Positions 1 through 9,356 of a stretch of 64,000 nt of DNA are shown piece by piece. Made by a program: the position numbers and the translations under genes. The notes beneath the pieces are model-generated. The model searched no databases and was not told the DNA's origin. It saw nothing but the letters and a program-made list of their open reading frames with translations. The stretch is from Bacteriovoracia bacterium (lineage in GTDB: Bacteria; Bdellovibrionota; UBA1018; CAIPTA01). The stretch's first letter is position 1, and each line of letters opens with the position of its first letter. Location of the stretch: the NCBI GenBank assembly GCA_050246755.1, contig JBFWVL010000001.1, forward strand, positions 544,001 through 608,000, in the 5' to 3' direction.

Positions 1-1
1 T

Positions 2-1000
2 GCCCACGGGCACGAGCTTCCAAGCATGGAGCCCCGCTGCGAGCTCGCGCAGCTTCAAATCACTCACCTGCACGATCGGCGTGGAGGGAGCGGAAAATTC
101 CTCCGCCAGTTTCTCGCCGATGCGGGCCGTGAAGCGCTCGGAGAGCAAAGTGCGTACCTCCTTCTGCGAGCCCGCTTTTTTTCGTTCCATAAAAAAATCG
201 AGCAAGGAAGAATCGGGGCTGAGATTGATCACGATTTCATCTCCGGGAAACCAGTGCAGGGAAACCTGCAGGATCGCCGGGCCGGAGAAGCCGGTATGGG
301 TGAAGAGAATATTTTCCCGGAATTTCTTCCCGTTACAGCTCACCTCTGCATCGAGGCTCGCTCCCGAAAGGCCGCCAAAACGGCCGAGAAAGGAATCGGC
401 CATGGTGAGCGAGACGAGCGCGGGATCCCGGCGGGTGATTTCGAGACCGAACTGCTCGGCGATCTGGTAGCCGAAATCGGTGGCGCCTATTTTCGGGATC
501 GAAAGGCCGCCCGTGGCGATCACCAGGGATTCGGTGAGCATCTCTCCACTAGAAGTATTTAGACGGAAACGGAAACCACCTTCCTCAATTTTCTCCACGC
601 CGAGGATTTTCGTGTTCAGGCGGATTTCGGCGCCGGCCTCGTCGCATTCTTCGCGCAGCAAGCTCACGATGGACTGGGCCGAATCGTGGCAGAAGAGCTG
701 GCCCAGCTTTTTTTCGTAGTAGGAAATCCCGTGCTTTTCCACGAGGGAGACGAAATTAGCCGGCGTGAAACGGGCCATCGCCGATTTGGCGAAATGGGAA
801 TTTTCGGAAAAGTAGGCATGGGGGCCGGCGCCAGTATTGGTGAAGTTACAGCGCCCCCCGCCCGAGATCAGGATTTTTTTGCCGAGCTTATCGGCATGGT
901 CGAGCGCCAGCGTGCGGCGGCCGCGGCGGGCGGCCGTGGCGGCACACATCATTCCGGCGCCCCCGGCGCCCAGCACTATCACGTCCCATTGCTCCTGCAT
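2..1000 (-). CDS. NAD(P)/FAD-dependent oxidoreductase, HI0933/YhiN/BaiN family (runs off the left edge; absent from the ORF track)
   Basis: Manual minus-strand translation from ATG at 1000: MQEQWDVIVLGAGGAGMMCAATAARRGRR...GKKILISGGGRCNFTN, i.e. a Rossmann GxGxxG plus the family signature. The same frame reads ...LHAWKLVPVG at the window edge. Confidence 0.9.
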   Translation of the reverse strand, partial: MQEQWDVIVLGAGGAGMMCAATAARRGRRTLALDHADKLGKKILISGGGRCNFTNTGAGPHAYFSENSHFAKSAMARFTPANFVSLVEKHGISYYEKKLGQLFCHDSAQSIVSLLREECDEAGAEIRLNTKILGVEKIEEGGFRFRLNTSSGEMLTESLVIATGGLSIPKIGATDFGYQIAEQFGLEITRRDPALVSLTMADSFLGRFGGLSGASLDAEVSCNGKKFRENILFTHTGFSGPAILQVSLHWFPGDEIVINLSPDSSLLDFFMERKKAGSQKEVRTLLSERFTARIGEKLAEEFSAPSTPIVQVSDLKLRELAAGLHAWKLVPVG

Positions 1001-1085
1001 CCCCCCTCTATACCTGGCCAGCGGAGGCAAAAGAATAGGCCGGAAAAATACTATTAATTTTCAGCAATTACAGCCACTTAGCCAT

Positions 1086-1113
1086 TCAAGTTACACGGTA
1101 TTAGGTCCGATAA
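1086..1113 (+). promoter_or_regulatory. Putative sigma28 (FliA) promoter
   Basis: TCAA(G)-N16-TCCGATAA versus consensus TAAA-N15/16-GCCGATAA. Confidence 0.5.
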
Positions 1114-1119
1114 AGTATA

Positions 1120-1207
1120 GGACAGTAACATGGGGGGATTTCAGGGGACTTCCATGTGGGGCTCGGGGATACGGTCTGGGGTGACCGCTCCGAGCCTTCT
1201 TTATTTT
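1120..1207 (+). ncRNA. Candidate G-rich small RNA with two hairpins and an intrinsic terminator
   Basis: Lies downstream of the sigma28-like promoter. Hairpin 1128-1157; hairpin GGCTCGG(1160-1166)/CCGAGCC(1190-1196) with inner CGGTC/GACCG, followed by TTCTTTATTTT on the + strand. Both flanking genes are on the minus strand. Confidence 0.4.
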
Positions 1208-2054
1208 AGAGGGCCTGACCCAGCGCCTTGGGCGGACGAGACCTTCCTAAGAAGCCGGCCATCACGATTACCGTGGTTAGGTAAGGCAAAGCCTGAATGA
1301 ACTGACTCGGCAGAAAGAGATCCACGTTTTGTGCGCGGATTTGGATCGCTTCCATCAAACCGAAAAACACGCAGGCCAAAACGGCATAGAGCGGACGCCA
1401 CTTCCCGATGATCAGCGCGGCCAGCGCCATGAAACCGCGACCGGCCGTCATATTCCGGGAATAGCCCGAAGCGAGGAATAGCGAAAGGCTCGCGCCTCCC
1501 CAAGCGGCCAGCATTCCGGAAAGCATCACGGCCCCGTAACGAATTTTCTTCACCGAAAAACCGGCGGCCTCGAGGGCCTCGGGCTTCTCCCCGGCGAAAC
1601 TCATGCGCAGGCCGAAATGCGTATGCGTGGTTATACCCCAAACCACGAGCGCCATGATCCAGGCGAACCAGAGCGGGAAATCCTGGAAACGCGCTTCAAG
1701 GGGAAGCGAAGGACTGCCGCCGGTGGAATCGTAGAGCAGCTTGAGCACGAGCGGATTGAGACCCATCGCGAGAAGGTTCATCGCCGTGCCGGCCACTACT
1801 TGGTCGGCACGGCCGTGGATCACGGCCGCAGCGTAGACCATCGCGAACAGTGCCCCGGCAATCCCCGCCGCGAGAAACCCCAGTGGCGCCGAGCCGGTGG
1901 AGAGCGCCACCACCGCGCCGGCGAGGGCGCCTACGAGCATAAAACCTTCCAGCGCGATATTGATCACACCGGCACGCTCGCTGAAGAGACCACCGAGGGA
2001 AGCGAACACGAGCGGAGTGGCTAGGCGCAAAATGCTAAGAAGCAGGCCGGTCAT
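1206..2054 (-). CDS. Nucleoside/sugar ABC transporter permease (YufQ/NupC-like)
   Basis: SERAGVINIALEG and GRGFMALAALIIGKWRP motifs; hydrophobic; operon context. Confidence 0.9.
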   Translation of the reverse strand: MTGLLLSILRLATPLVFASLGGLFSERAGVINIALEGFMLVGALAGAVVALSTGSAPLGFLAAGIAGALFAMVYAAAVIHGRADQVVAGTAMNLLAMGLNPLVLKLLYDSTGGSPSLPLEARFQDFPLWFAWIMALVVWGITTHTHFGLRMSFAGEKPEALEAAGFSVKKIRYGAVMLSGMLAAWGGASLSLFLASGYSRNMTAGRGFMALAALIIGKWRPLYAVLACVFFGLMEAIQIRAQNVDLFLPSQFIQALPYLTTVIVMAGFLGRSRPPKALGQAL

Positions 2055-3097
2055 GGTTTCTTCGTCCTTCCTATTCTCACCGAAGAAAGAATCGCCACCG
2101 CCAGAATCACCAAGGCTTGGATCACGAGGGAGAGATCGCGGGTAACATTCTCGGTTTCGATATCAAGATCAGCGGCCCCCTTATGAAGGGCAGCGAACAA
2201 AAAGGCGGTAAAAAGAACTCCCATGGGATTGCTGCGTGCAAGCAAAGCCACCGCGATCCCGATGAAGCCAAATTCGGGTGAGAAACCGAGCTTATATTTT
2301 CCCGCGGCACCGAATACTTCGCTGAGTGCCACTCCCGCGGCGAGTGCCCCCGCCAGAAACATCGCCATTTGGCGGGTACGGGCCACGTTGATGCCGGAGG
2401 CGGCGGCGGCCCTTTCGTTTTGCCCGCAGGCGCGCAGCTCGAAACCGTATGAAGTGCGGTAGAGAAAAACCCATACAATCGCCGCCACCAGCACCGCCAC
2501 GGGGAAAGCCAAGCTCACCGGCGCATCGCCGAACCATTGCGCGAGCGGATCCACCGTGCGGAAAAAATAAGCGGCGGCTACGGAATGGGTTTCCGGATTC
2601 TGGCTCTCGGGATTCTGCAGGCGCGCGGTAACCGCCCAGCTGGTGAGGGCAGAAGCGATGAAGTTCATCATGATCGTGGTGATCACTTCGTGGCTACCGC
2701 GCACGGTGCGCAGCCAGCCAGCGATCCAAGCCCAGAGCCCTCCGGCCATCATCCCGCAGAAGACGGCGAAAAGAGGCGCGATTACCGGCGGTAAACCCGG
2801 TACGGCAAGCGCCGCCACGGTGGCCGCAAGCGTGCCCACGTTGAGCTGGCCTTCGGCGCCGATATTAAAAAGCCCCGCGTGAAAAGCCACCGCCACCGAA
2901 AGGCCGGTGAAAATGAGCGGCGTGCAATAGTAGAGCGTGACGCCGAGGTCGTAGCGGGAGCCGAATGCGCTCTTGCCGATGATCAGCAGAATATCGAGGG
3001 GCTTTTCGCCGGCGAGCCCGGCTACCACGAGCCCGAGCGCCAGGCCGATGGCCAAACCGCCGATGGCGAGCAAAAAATGCCGGAGCGAGCGACTCAT
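2051..3097 (-). CDS. Nucleoside/sugar ABC transporter permease (YufP/NupB-like)
   Basis: AGLFNIGAEGQ, EVITTIMMNFIA and GFIGIAVALL motifs. Confidence 0.9.
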   Translation of the reverse strand: MSRSLRHFLLAIGGLAIGLALGLVVAGLAGEKPLDILLIIGKSAFGSRYDLGVTLYYCTPLIFTGLSVAVAFHAGLFNIGAEGQLNVGTLAATVAALAVPGLPPVIAPLFAVFCGMMAGGLWAWIAGWLRTVRGSHEVITTIMMNFIASALTSWAVTARLQNPESQNPETHSVAAAYFFRTVDPLAQWFGDAPVSLAFPVAVLVAAIVWVFLYRTSYGFELRACGQNERAAAASGINVARTRQMAMFLAGALAAGVALSEVFGAAGKYKLGFSPEFGFIGIAVALLARSNPMGVLFTAFLFAALHKGAADLDIETENVTRDLSLVIQALVILAVAILSSVRIGRTKKP

Positions 3098-4611
3098 TCC
3101 CGCGCTCCTCCCGCCATCAAAAGACCGATACGGTTCTCGTTAAAATCTCCTTTTAGGAAGGAGCCCACCACTTCTCCGCGGTAGAGCACGAGCAAGCGAT
3201 CAGAAAGTTTCAGCACTTCATCGAGCTCGGAGGAAATAAGCAGAACGCCGGCGCCGGAATTTCGTAGATCGAGGAGCTTGCCGTGGATAAATTCGATGGC
3301 GCCGATATCCACCCCGCGGGTGGGCTGGGCGGCGAGCAAGAACCGCGGACGATCGCCAAGCTCCCGGGCCACCACTAATTTCTGCTGATTCCCGCCACTG
3401 AGGCCGCGCACGATCGCGCCGACATCGGCGGGCCGCACGTCGTATTCCCGGATCGCCGCCTGCGTGGCTGCGGCCACCGCGCCCCGGTTCAATAGCCCTG
3501 CCCGGCGAAATTCGGGCCGGCGGGATTTTCCGAGGAAGAAATTTTCGGTGAGCGGAGAATCCAGCAGAAGGCCCTCCGCCAGGCGGTCTTCGGGGAAAAA
3601 GCCCACGGCCTCGGCCCGCATGCGGCTGCCGTTGAATTTCTCCGCGCGTTTTCCCAGAAGGCTAAGCTCCCCCGAGCCCATTTCGCGGGCCGGATCACGC
3701 AGTAAACGAATCAATTCCGTCTGGCCGTTGCCTTCTACCCCGGCCACGCCGAGAATCTCACCGGCCCGCAGGCGAAAACTTATTTCTTTCAGACGGGAAT
3801 GCTTATCGCGGGGCCTTGCGCCCTTGAGCTCGAGCACGAAGTCGGTGCCTGTCTCTTTTCTCAACGATTCCACCTTCGCGAGCTCGCGGCCAATCATCAA
3901 GCTGGCGATCTCGCCCACGCTCGTGCCCGCGATCTCCCGCTCGGCCACCACGCGGCCGGCACGGAATACGGTCACGCGATCGGCAACATTCATCACTTCC
4001 TTGAGCTTATGAGTAACAATCAGAATCGTTTTCCCTTCGGCGGCCATTTGCTTCAGCGTGCGGAACAGCGAAGCGATCTCCCCCGGCGCGAGCACGGCCG
4101 TGGGCTCATCGAGGATCAGGATCTCGGAGTTCTGGTAGAGCAGTTTGAGGATTTCGATCCTTTGCTGCATGCCCACGGGCAAATCTTCCACCGGGCTATC
4201 GAGCTCCACTTCCATGTGAAAATCGCCGAGCAGTTTTTCTAGCCGCGTCCGCGCGGTTTGGCGGTCTAGCGGCGCCAGCGAAAACGATTTGCTGGCAAGC
4301 AAGATATTTTCCACGGCGGTATGGTTCCCGGCGAGCATGAAGTGCTGGTGCACCATGCCGATGCCGGCGGCGATCGCGTCGGCCGGGGACCGCCAGCATT
4401 TCGCCTCGCCACGCAGAAAAATTTCTCCGGAATCCGGGATGAATTGCCCGAAGAGGATCTTCATCGCCGTGCTTTTACCGGCGCCATTCTCCCCCACGAT
4501 CGCGTGGATCGAGCCCTTCTTAACCGATAAATTCACGAGCTCATTGGCCACGCAGGCCCCGAAGGCCTTCGCGATAGACCGCAGCTCGATCTCGAAATTA
4601 CTTTTTGCCAT
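3094..4611 (-). CDS. ABC transporter ATP-binding protein with two NBDs (YufO/NupA-like)
   Basis: Walker A GENGAGKST, ILILDEPT, LSGGNQQK. Likely start ATG 4611 (MAKSNF), overlapping the BMP gene end. Confidence 0.92.
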   Translation of the reverse strand: MAKSNFEIELRSIAKAFGACVANELVNLSVKKGSIHAIVGENGAGKSTAMKILFGQFIPDSGEIFLRGEAKCWRSPADAIAAGIGMVHQHFMLAGNHTAVENILLASKSFSLAPLDRQTARTRLEKLLGDFHMEVELDSPVEDLPVGMQQRIEILKLLYQNSEILILDEPTAVLAPGEIASLFRTLKQMAAEGKTILIVTHKLKEVMNVADRVTVFRAGRVVAEREIAGTSVGEIASLMIGRELAKVESLRKETGTDFVLELKGARPRDKHSRLKEISFRLRAGEILGVAGVEGNGQTELIRLLRDPAREMGSGELSLLGKRAEKFNGSRMRAEAVGFFPEDRLAEGLLLDSPLTENFFLGKSRRPEFRRAGLLNRGAVAAATQAAIREYDVRPADVGAIVRGLSGGNQQKLVVARELGDRPRFLLAAQPTRGVDIGAIEFIHGKLLDLRNSGAGVLLISSELDEVLKLSDRLLVLYRGEVVGSFLKGDFNENRIGLLMAGGARE

Positions 4612-5572
4612 TCTTGTAGAAGTCGGGAACCTGAGTTTTTCCGGCAATGATCTCCGCCTTGATGGCGTCCACTTTCTTCTTCACGTCGGCGCCGATCAAC
4701 TTCTCGTTGTATTTATCAAGCGCATAATCCACGCCTTCGCCTTTGAGGCCGAAACGCTCGGTGCCGCCGGTAAATTTTCCTTCTTTGAGCTCTTTCACTA
4801 CCCGGAACACGGCCACGTCCACGCGCTTGAGCATCGAGGTGAGCACGAAACCGGGCTTCACCCAGTTCTGGTTCGAATCCACGCCGATCGCGAAGAGCTT
4901 CTTTTCCTCGGCGGCGTCGAATAACCCATAGTTGGAAGCTCCGGCCGCGCCGAAGATAATATCCACGCCTTGGCTATACTGCGTAAGCGCGAGCTCCTTG
5001 GCCTTCGCCGGATTATTCCACGCCTCGGAAGAAACGCCGGTATAACTCGTTACGAGTTTTGCCTTAGGATTTACTTTTTTCAGCCCCGCCTCGAATCCCA
5101 TCTGGAAACGGCGGATGAGGGGAACGTCCATGCCGCCGAGAAATCCCACTTGGTTGGTCTTGGTGGTTAAACCCGCGATGGCGCCCACGAGGTAGCTGCC
5201 TTGGTGCTCCTCGAACAGCAGGCTGCGCACGTTCGGCAATTTTACTTCTCCGTCTACGAGGGCGAAGTGGAGCTTGGGATACTGGGTAGCTACTTTTTTC
5301 GTGGCTTCGGCCATCGCGAATCCGATGCCGATGATGAGGTCGAAATTTTTCTGGGCGAAGGAGCGCATGGTGGTTTCGATCGCGCCGTCGTCGGTGGCTT
5401 CCACGTATTTCAGTTGAATGCCGAGCTCTTCTTTGGCCTTGGCGGCCCCGGCATAAGCGGCGGCGTTAAAGGATTTATCATCGCGCCCGCCTTTGTCTAA
5501 AATTAGGGCCACCTTTAGATCGGCGGCAAAAGAAGTGGAGGCCAGGAGGAAAAATAAGCAAAAGATTTTCAT
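4598..5572 (-). CDS. BMP family ABC substrate-binding protein (purine nucleoside type)
   Basis: Signal peptide; DKSFN, FEEHQGSYLVG, IGVDSNQ and SMLKRVD motifs. Confidence 0.9.
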   Translation of the reverse strand: MKIFCLFFLLASTSFAADLKVALILDKGGRDDKSFNAAAYAGAAKAKEELGIQLKYVEATDDGAIETTMRSFAQKNFDLIIGIGFAMAEATKKVATQYPKLHFALVDGEVKLPNVRSLLFEEHQGSYLVGAIAGLTTKTNQVGFLGGMDVPLIRRFQMGFEAGLKKVNPKAKLVTSYTGVSSEAWNNPAKAKELALTQYSQGVDIIFGAAGASNYGLFDAAEEKKLFAIGVDSNQNWVKPGFVLTSMLKRVDVAVFRVVKELKEGKFTGGTERFGLKGEGVDYALDKYNEKLIGADVKKKVDAIKAEIIAGKTQVPDFYKNGKK

Positions 5573-5724
5573 GCAGCAAAATTATCCAGATACTTGGGGA
5601 ACGGCAAGAGAAATGCCGGGCGATTTCGCCAGGCTCAAAATAGCCATAAAAACCATAGGTATCAATCACTTAAGCCATATAGCTTTCCCGGGCTAAGGGC
5701 GCTATCCTAAAGGTAGAGGTACCT

Positions 5725-6057
5725 ATGCGTAATTTTCTTTTAATGGCTCTTTCACTTATCGCCTTTCCCGCCTTCGCCGGAAATACGATCGACGACATGC
5801 TCACGGTGAAAAAGGTGGAAGGCCAGCAAGCCGTGCTCGAAGGAAAAACCGCAGGTCTGAAAGCCGGAGACAAGCTTTACTACTACCGCTCGCCCTTTCA
5901 ATTCGCGGTAACGGCCGTGAATGGAAATCAGGTTACGGTGGCGCTTCCCGCCAATAGCGAAATCACCGCCGGGCAAAACATGGTGCGCCAGCCCACCGAC
6001 TCCATGAAGAAAGCCATGGACACGGAAGAGAAGCTGAAAAAAGCTCTCGAAGAATAA
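5725..6057 (+). CDS. Hypothetical secreted protein
   Basis: GAGG SD; signal peptide ending AFA. Confidence 0.7.
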   Translation: MRNFLLMALSLIAFPAFAGNTIDDMLTVKKVEGQQAVLEGKTAGLKAGDKLYYYRSPFQFAVTAVNGNQVTVALPANSEITAGQNMVRQPTDSMKKAMDTEEKLKKALEE

Positions 6058-6059
6058 AT

Positions 6060-8360
6060 CTAGACGGCGCGATCCGCGCTGCGCACGCGTTCCCCGCGAT
6101 ATACGGGCCAAATCACCATGCACACGATATACATCGCGAGCTGGCCGAGCACGGAGATCCAGGCGATGCCTTTGAGCATTCCGGCCTCGGCGAAAAATAG
6201 CGAGCCAAAGCCGATGATCGTAGTGAGCGCCGAAAGCTGAACCGCCTGGGCCACGAAACGCGCCGAAGGCAGGGCCCCAAATCCTTCGCGTTCCCGGTGG
6301 CGTACGTGCACGCCCATATCGATGCCCGCGCCGAGCACGGCCGGTACCATCGCGATATTGAGGATCGAAAAACGCACGCCCACGAGCCCCATGAACGCCA
6401 CGAGCAAGAAAATGCCCGTGATCAGTTGCAGCTCTAAGTCCAGCGCATCGAGGAGATTGCGGAAATCGAGGCCCATCACGAAGAATGCGCCCGCCAGGAA
6501 AACGAGCAGGATGATCACACCATCGTGGGTGATATGATCAAGAATTTCGGCAAAGATCCGCACGTCGCTGCCGATGCGTGCACCCGGAAACTTCGCCCGG
6601 GCCTCGGCGAGCAAAGAAGCAAAGCCGCGCAAATTCGCGGCCTGATCGAGATCCTTCGCCGCGTAGGCCAGCACGATGAATCCGCTCTTGCCGAAGGCAT
6701 CGTTTAGCTGAGGAGGAAGATCGCGGCGGGTATAGGGCTTGGCGGCCAGAAGCTGGCGCACGTCGGCGGCGGCCATGCCGGATTTCTCGCTCAATTCCTG
6801 ATCGGTAAGCCGCCCGAGCCGCGATTCCACGCGCTCGATTTCATCGAGCCGGTCGGCCATATCTCGCGGCAGCACGCGCTGGATGGAAATAGCGTCCTGA
6901 ATGATCTCTTTGCGCAGTGGATCGCGCAGCCAGCTTTCTAGTTGGCGGGCTTGGGTGAGATCCTTGGCCAAAATAGCGGCGGGGGTGAAGGAACGCCCGA
7001 AGATATCATTCACGAACTGGTTTCGCTCCCGGGTTTCCTTCGAGAGGTTATGCATGCGCTTGAAATCATATTCAAACTCGGCATGCCATGCGCCCCAAAG
7101 GCAGAGCAGCAGGAAGGGCGGGATAACCCACCGCAGCTTGGGACCGATCGGATAGAAGGAGAAGATCTCCCGCACTTGGCCGAAGCGGGGTGCGGCGCCG
7201 ATCACGAAAACCATCGCCGGGAATACCAATAGGTAAACAAGATAAATAGAGAGAACGCCCACGCCCGCGATTTTTCCTAACTCGGAAAATCCACGAAAAT
7301 CGCTGAACGACAAAATAAGAAAAGCCGCCGCCGAGGTGATGGCCGCCGAGCCAAGCGCGCGGCCGGTTTGCAGGTAGGCATGCTCGAGCGCGCTTTCGCG
7401 GGAATGCCCGGAAGTCAGTTCCTGATAGTAGCGGCGGATCAGGTGAACTCCATATTCCACCCCCAGGCCACCGAGGATGGCGAGCAAGAAACCCGTGAGA
7501 ATATTGATTTGCCCCACGAGCAGGCGCGCGGCACCGAGAGTCCAGGCCATCGCCACGCTCACGGCCAATACGGTGAGCACCGAGCCGCGCACCGAGCCGA
7601 GCCCGAAGATTAGGGCGAGGGCCACCCCCACCAGGGATATCCACGAGGTGAAACCGATATCGCGCTCGATTTGTTTGGTGTCGTTCACCTTATCGATATA
7701 GCGGCCCACGAGCTGGAGCGGCAGCCCGGGATCGCTGAGCTTTAGCTTGGCGCCCACCTCTTCCACCAGCTTGGTGGAGCGGCCTAAGTCTTCCGAATCG
7801 AAGGTGGGCTTGGCGAGCAGCATGGCGTAGCGCTTATCCGCCGAAAGAAAAAAGCGCTCGCCCTTTGCGTCGCCCAATTTCTTCAGGCGAGCCTTGGCGC
7901 GCCGTAAGTTCTGCTGGCGGTCTCTTTCGGTTTCGAGGCCGAGGTCGATGAGGCCGCGTTTGCCGTTATTGAGAATGATCTTTCCGGCATCGAGCACTTC
8001 TTCGAAATCTTTTTCGGGCAGCAGATAGAGCGCTCTATCCCGCAGGGAATATTCCTCGCGCTCGTAGAACGTATAGCGGATCTCGGGATTCTCTTTCAGC
8101 TGCGCCGCGATTTTCGGCAGGTCTTGCTCGGGGTGCTCTTTGGGTCCTACGAGCACGATCAGGTAGCCCACGCCCCCTACCTCTTTCGATACGGCGTTGA
8201 GGTCCACCACGCTTTCGCGGTTTTCGGGCAAAAGATCGGCGAGTGAAAGGCGGATCGGCAAGTCGAGCCCGTGGCTCATGCCGAGCGCGGCGAGAGCGAG
8301 AGCCAGGAGAAGGCCTACCCAGCGGTAGCGAATATTCAGGCGAAGGATTCGTTCAAACAC
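6060..8360 (-). CDS. MMPL/RND family transporter
   Basis: Two repeated TM bundles with GLGVEYGVHL and GAGIDMGVHV motifs and periplasmic loops. Confidence 0.85.
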   Translation of the reverse strand: MFERILRLNIRYRWVGLLLALALAALGMSHGLDLPIRLSLADLLPENRESVVDLNAVSKEVGGVGYLIVLVGPKEHPEQDLPKIAAQLKENPEIRYTFYEREEYSLRDRALYLLPEKDFEEVLDAGKIILNNGKRGLIDLGLETERDRQQNLRRAKARLKKLGDAKGERFFLSADKRYAMLLAKPTFDSEDLGRSTKLVEEVGAKLKLSDPGLPLQLVGRYIDKVNDTKQIERDIGFTSWISLVGVALALIFGLGSVRGSVLTVLAVSVAMAWTLGAARLLVGQINILTGFLLAILGGLGVEYGVHLIRRYYQELTSGHSRESALEHAYLQTGRALGSAAITSAAAFLILSFSDFRGFSELGKIAGVGVLSIYLVYLLVFPAMVFVIGAAPRFGQVREIFSFYPIGPKLRWVIPPFLLLCLWGAWHAEFEYDFKRMHNLSKETRERNQFVNDIFGRSFTPAAILAKDLTQARQLESWLRDPLRKEIIQDAISIQRVLPRDMADRLDEIERVESRLGRLTDQELSEKSGMAAADVRQLLAAKPYTRRDLPPQLNDAFGKSGFIVLAYAAKDLDQAANLRGFASLLAEARAKFPGARIGSDVRIFAEILDHITHDGVIILLVFLAGAFFVMGLDFRNLLDALDLELQLITGIFLLVAFMGLVGVRFSILNIAMVPAVLGAGIDMGVHVRHREREGFGALPSARFVAQAVQLSALTTIIGFGSLFFAEAGMLKGIAWISVLGQLAMYIVCMVIWPVYRGERVRSADRAV

Positions 8361-8381
8361 GGCCCCAAGCTACCACCAAAG

Positions 8382-9281
8382 TTAGCGAAAGAGCAGAGGC
8401 AAAGTGATGGCCGTGCCGCTCCGCGCACGCGGAAAGCGGAGCGTAGAAAAGGATCTAAGCAGCTCTTTGCGTACGTGTTTCTCGCCCAGTGGATCCGCGT
8501 TCACGGGCACCAGGGTATCGGCCAGAATTTTTTCCAGCTTCGCGGCTCCACTGGAACTCACGCTCAGGCGCAAGCTGAGAATCCCATGCCACCGCCCGTA
8601 CGGAGCGAGCGCGTGCACGAAGTTTCCGACCGCTTCGTCCAATACCGGCGCCACCTGCCGCGCCGTCAGCGCGCCCTCGAGGTAAGGCTTAGGATCCGTG
8701 AACCACCCGTGAATCACCAGCCTGGCTTCACGTGGATCCTGGGTGCCGGTTACCGGCGTTACCCCATGGGGAAAGCGCGGATCGAAAACCACGAGGCGAT
8801 TAAATCGAGGCTGGATACGGTCCACAAAGCTTTTGATTTCCCTGTCCTGAGAATCCTGGAAGTTTTGCCAATAGTTTAGAGTTTCGGGCTTTAAGATCAG
8901 GGTTTCGCCCCCCCGGAATACCTGCTTTTGGGAGGAAAGAGAAAATACGTAAGCCCAGGGACCATGCGGCACATCCGAGTGCAGCTTTTGCTCGCAGCCT
9001 TCCACGTAGTAGCTCAGCCAGGGCGGCGTGAGCGCCGTGCAGCCCAGGGTTTCCCGGGCCCAACTCCCGAGGCGGCCAAGAAAGGAGCGAAAGATTTTCT
9101 GCGGGAAAAACGAAGCCGCGGGGGTGCGCACGAGGGTGTATTGATCGGGCACATGCCAATAGTCCCATACGAAGCGATCGCTGCGGGCCGCCCGGGGATT
9201 CTTAAAACGTTCCTCGAATACTCCGCGCATTGCTTTGGCTTCGGCGGCAAAACCGTCTTGTACCCAAAAGTGCTTTTTCAT
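8382..9281 (-). CDS. 2OG-Fe(II) oxygenase (prolyl-hydroxylase-like) with C-terminal extension
   Basis: HSD...H facial triad (LHSD, FPHGV), GGET, FNRLVVFD and the R of EARLVIHGW. Confidence 0.8.
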   Translation of the reverse strand: MKKHFWVQDGFAAEAKAMRGVFEERFKNPRAARSDRFVWDYWHVPDQYTLVRTPAASFFPQKIFRSFLGRLGSWARETLGCTALTPPWLSYYVEGCEQKLHSDVPHGPWAYVFSLSSQKQVFRGGETLILKPETLNYWQNFQDSQDREIKSFVDRIQPRFNRLVVFDPRFPHGVTPVTGTQDPREARLVIHGWFTDPKPYLEGALTARQVAPVLDEAVGNFVHALAPYGRWHGILSLRLSVSSSGAAKLEKILADTLVPVNADPLGEKHVRKELLRSFSTLRFPRARSGTAITLPLLFR

Positions 9282-9323
9282 GGGCCTCTTCTACCATACT
9301 CCGTGTAAAGGCGCTTTCTGGTT

Positions 9324-9350
9324 TAATGCGCCAGGGGGGCCCGCCGATAA
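9324..9350 (+). promoter_or_regulatory. Putative sigma28 promoter, leaderless
   Basis: TAAT-N15-GCCGATAA (perfect -10), 6 nt before ATG 9357. Confidence 0.6.
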
Positions 9351-9356
9351 GATAAG

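Noticed and set aside
26-1184. + strand ORFs 26..562, 81..470, 686..1057 and 837..1184
   Set aside because: Antisense shadows of the minus-strand HI0933-family gene; no motifs of their own.
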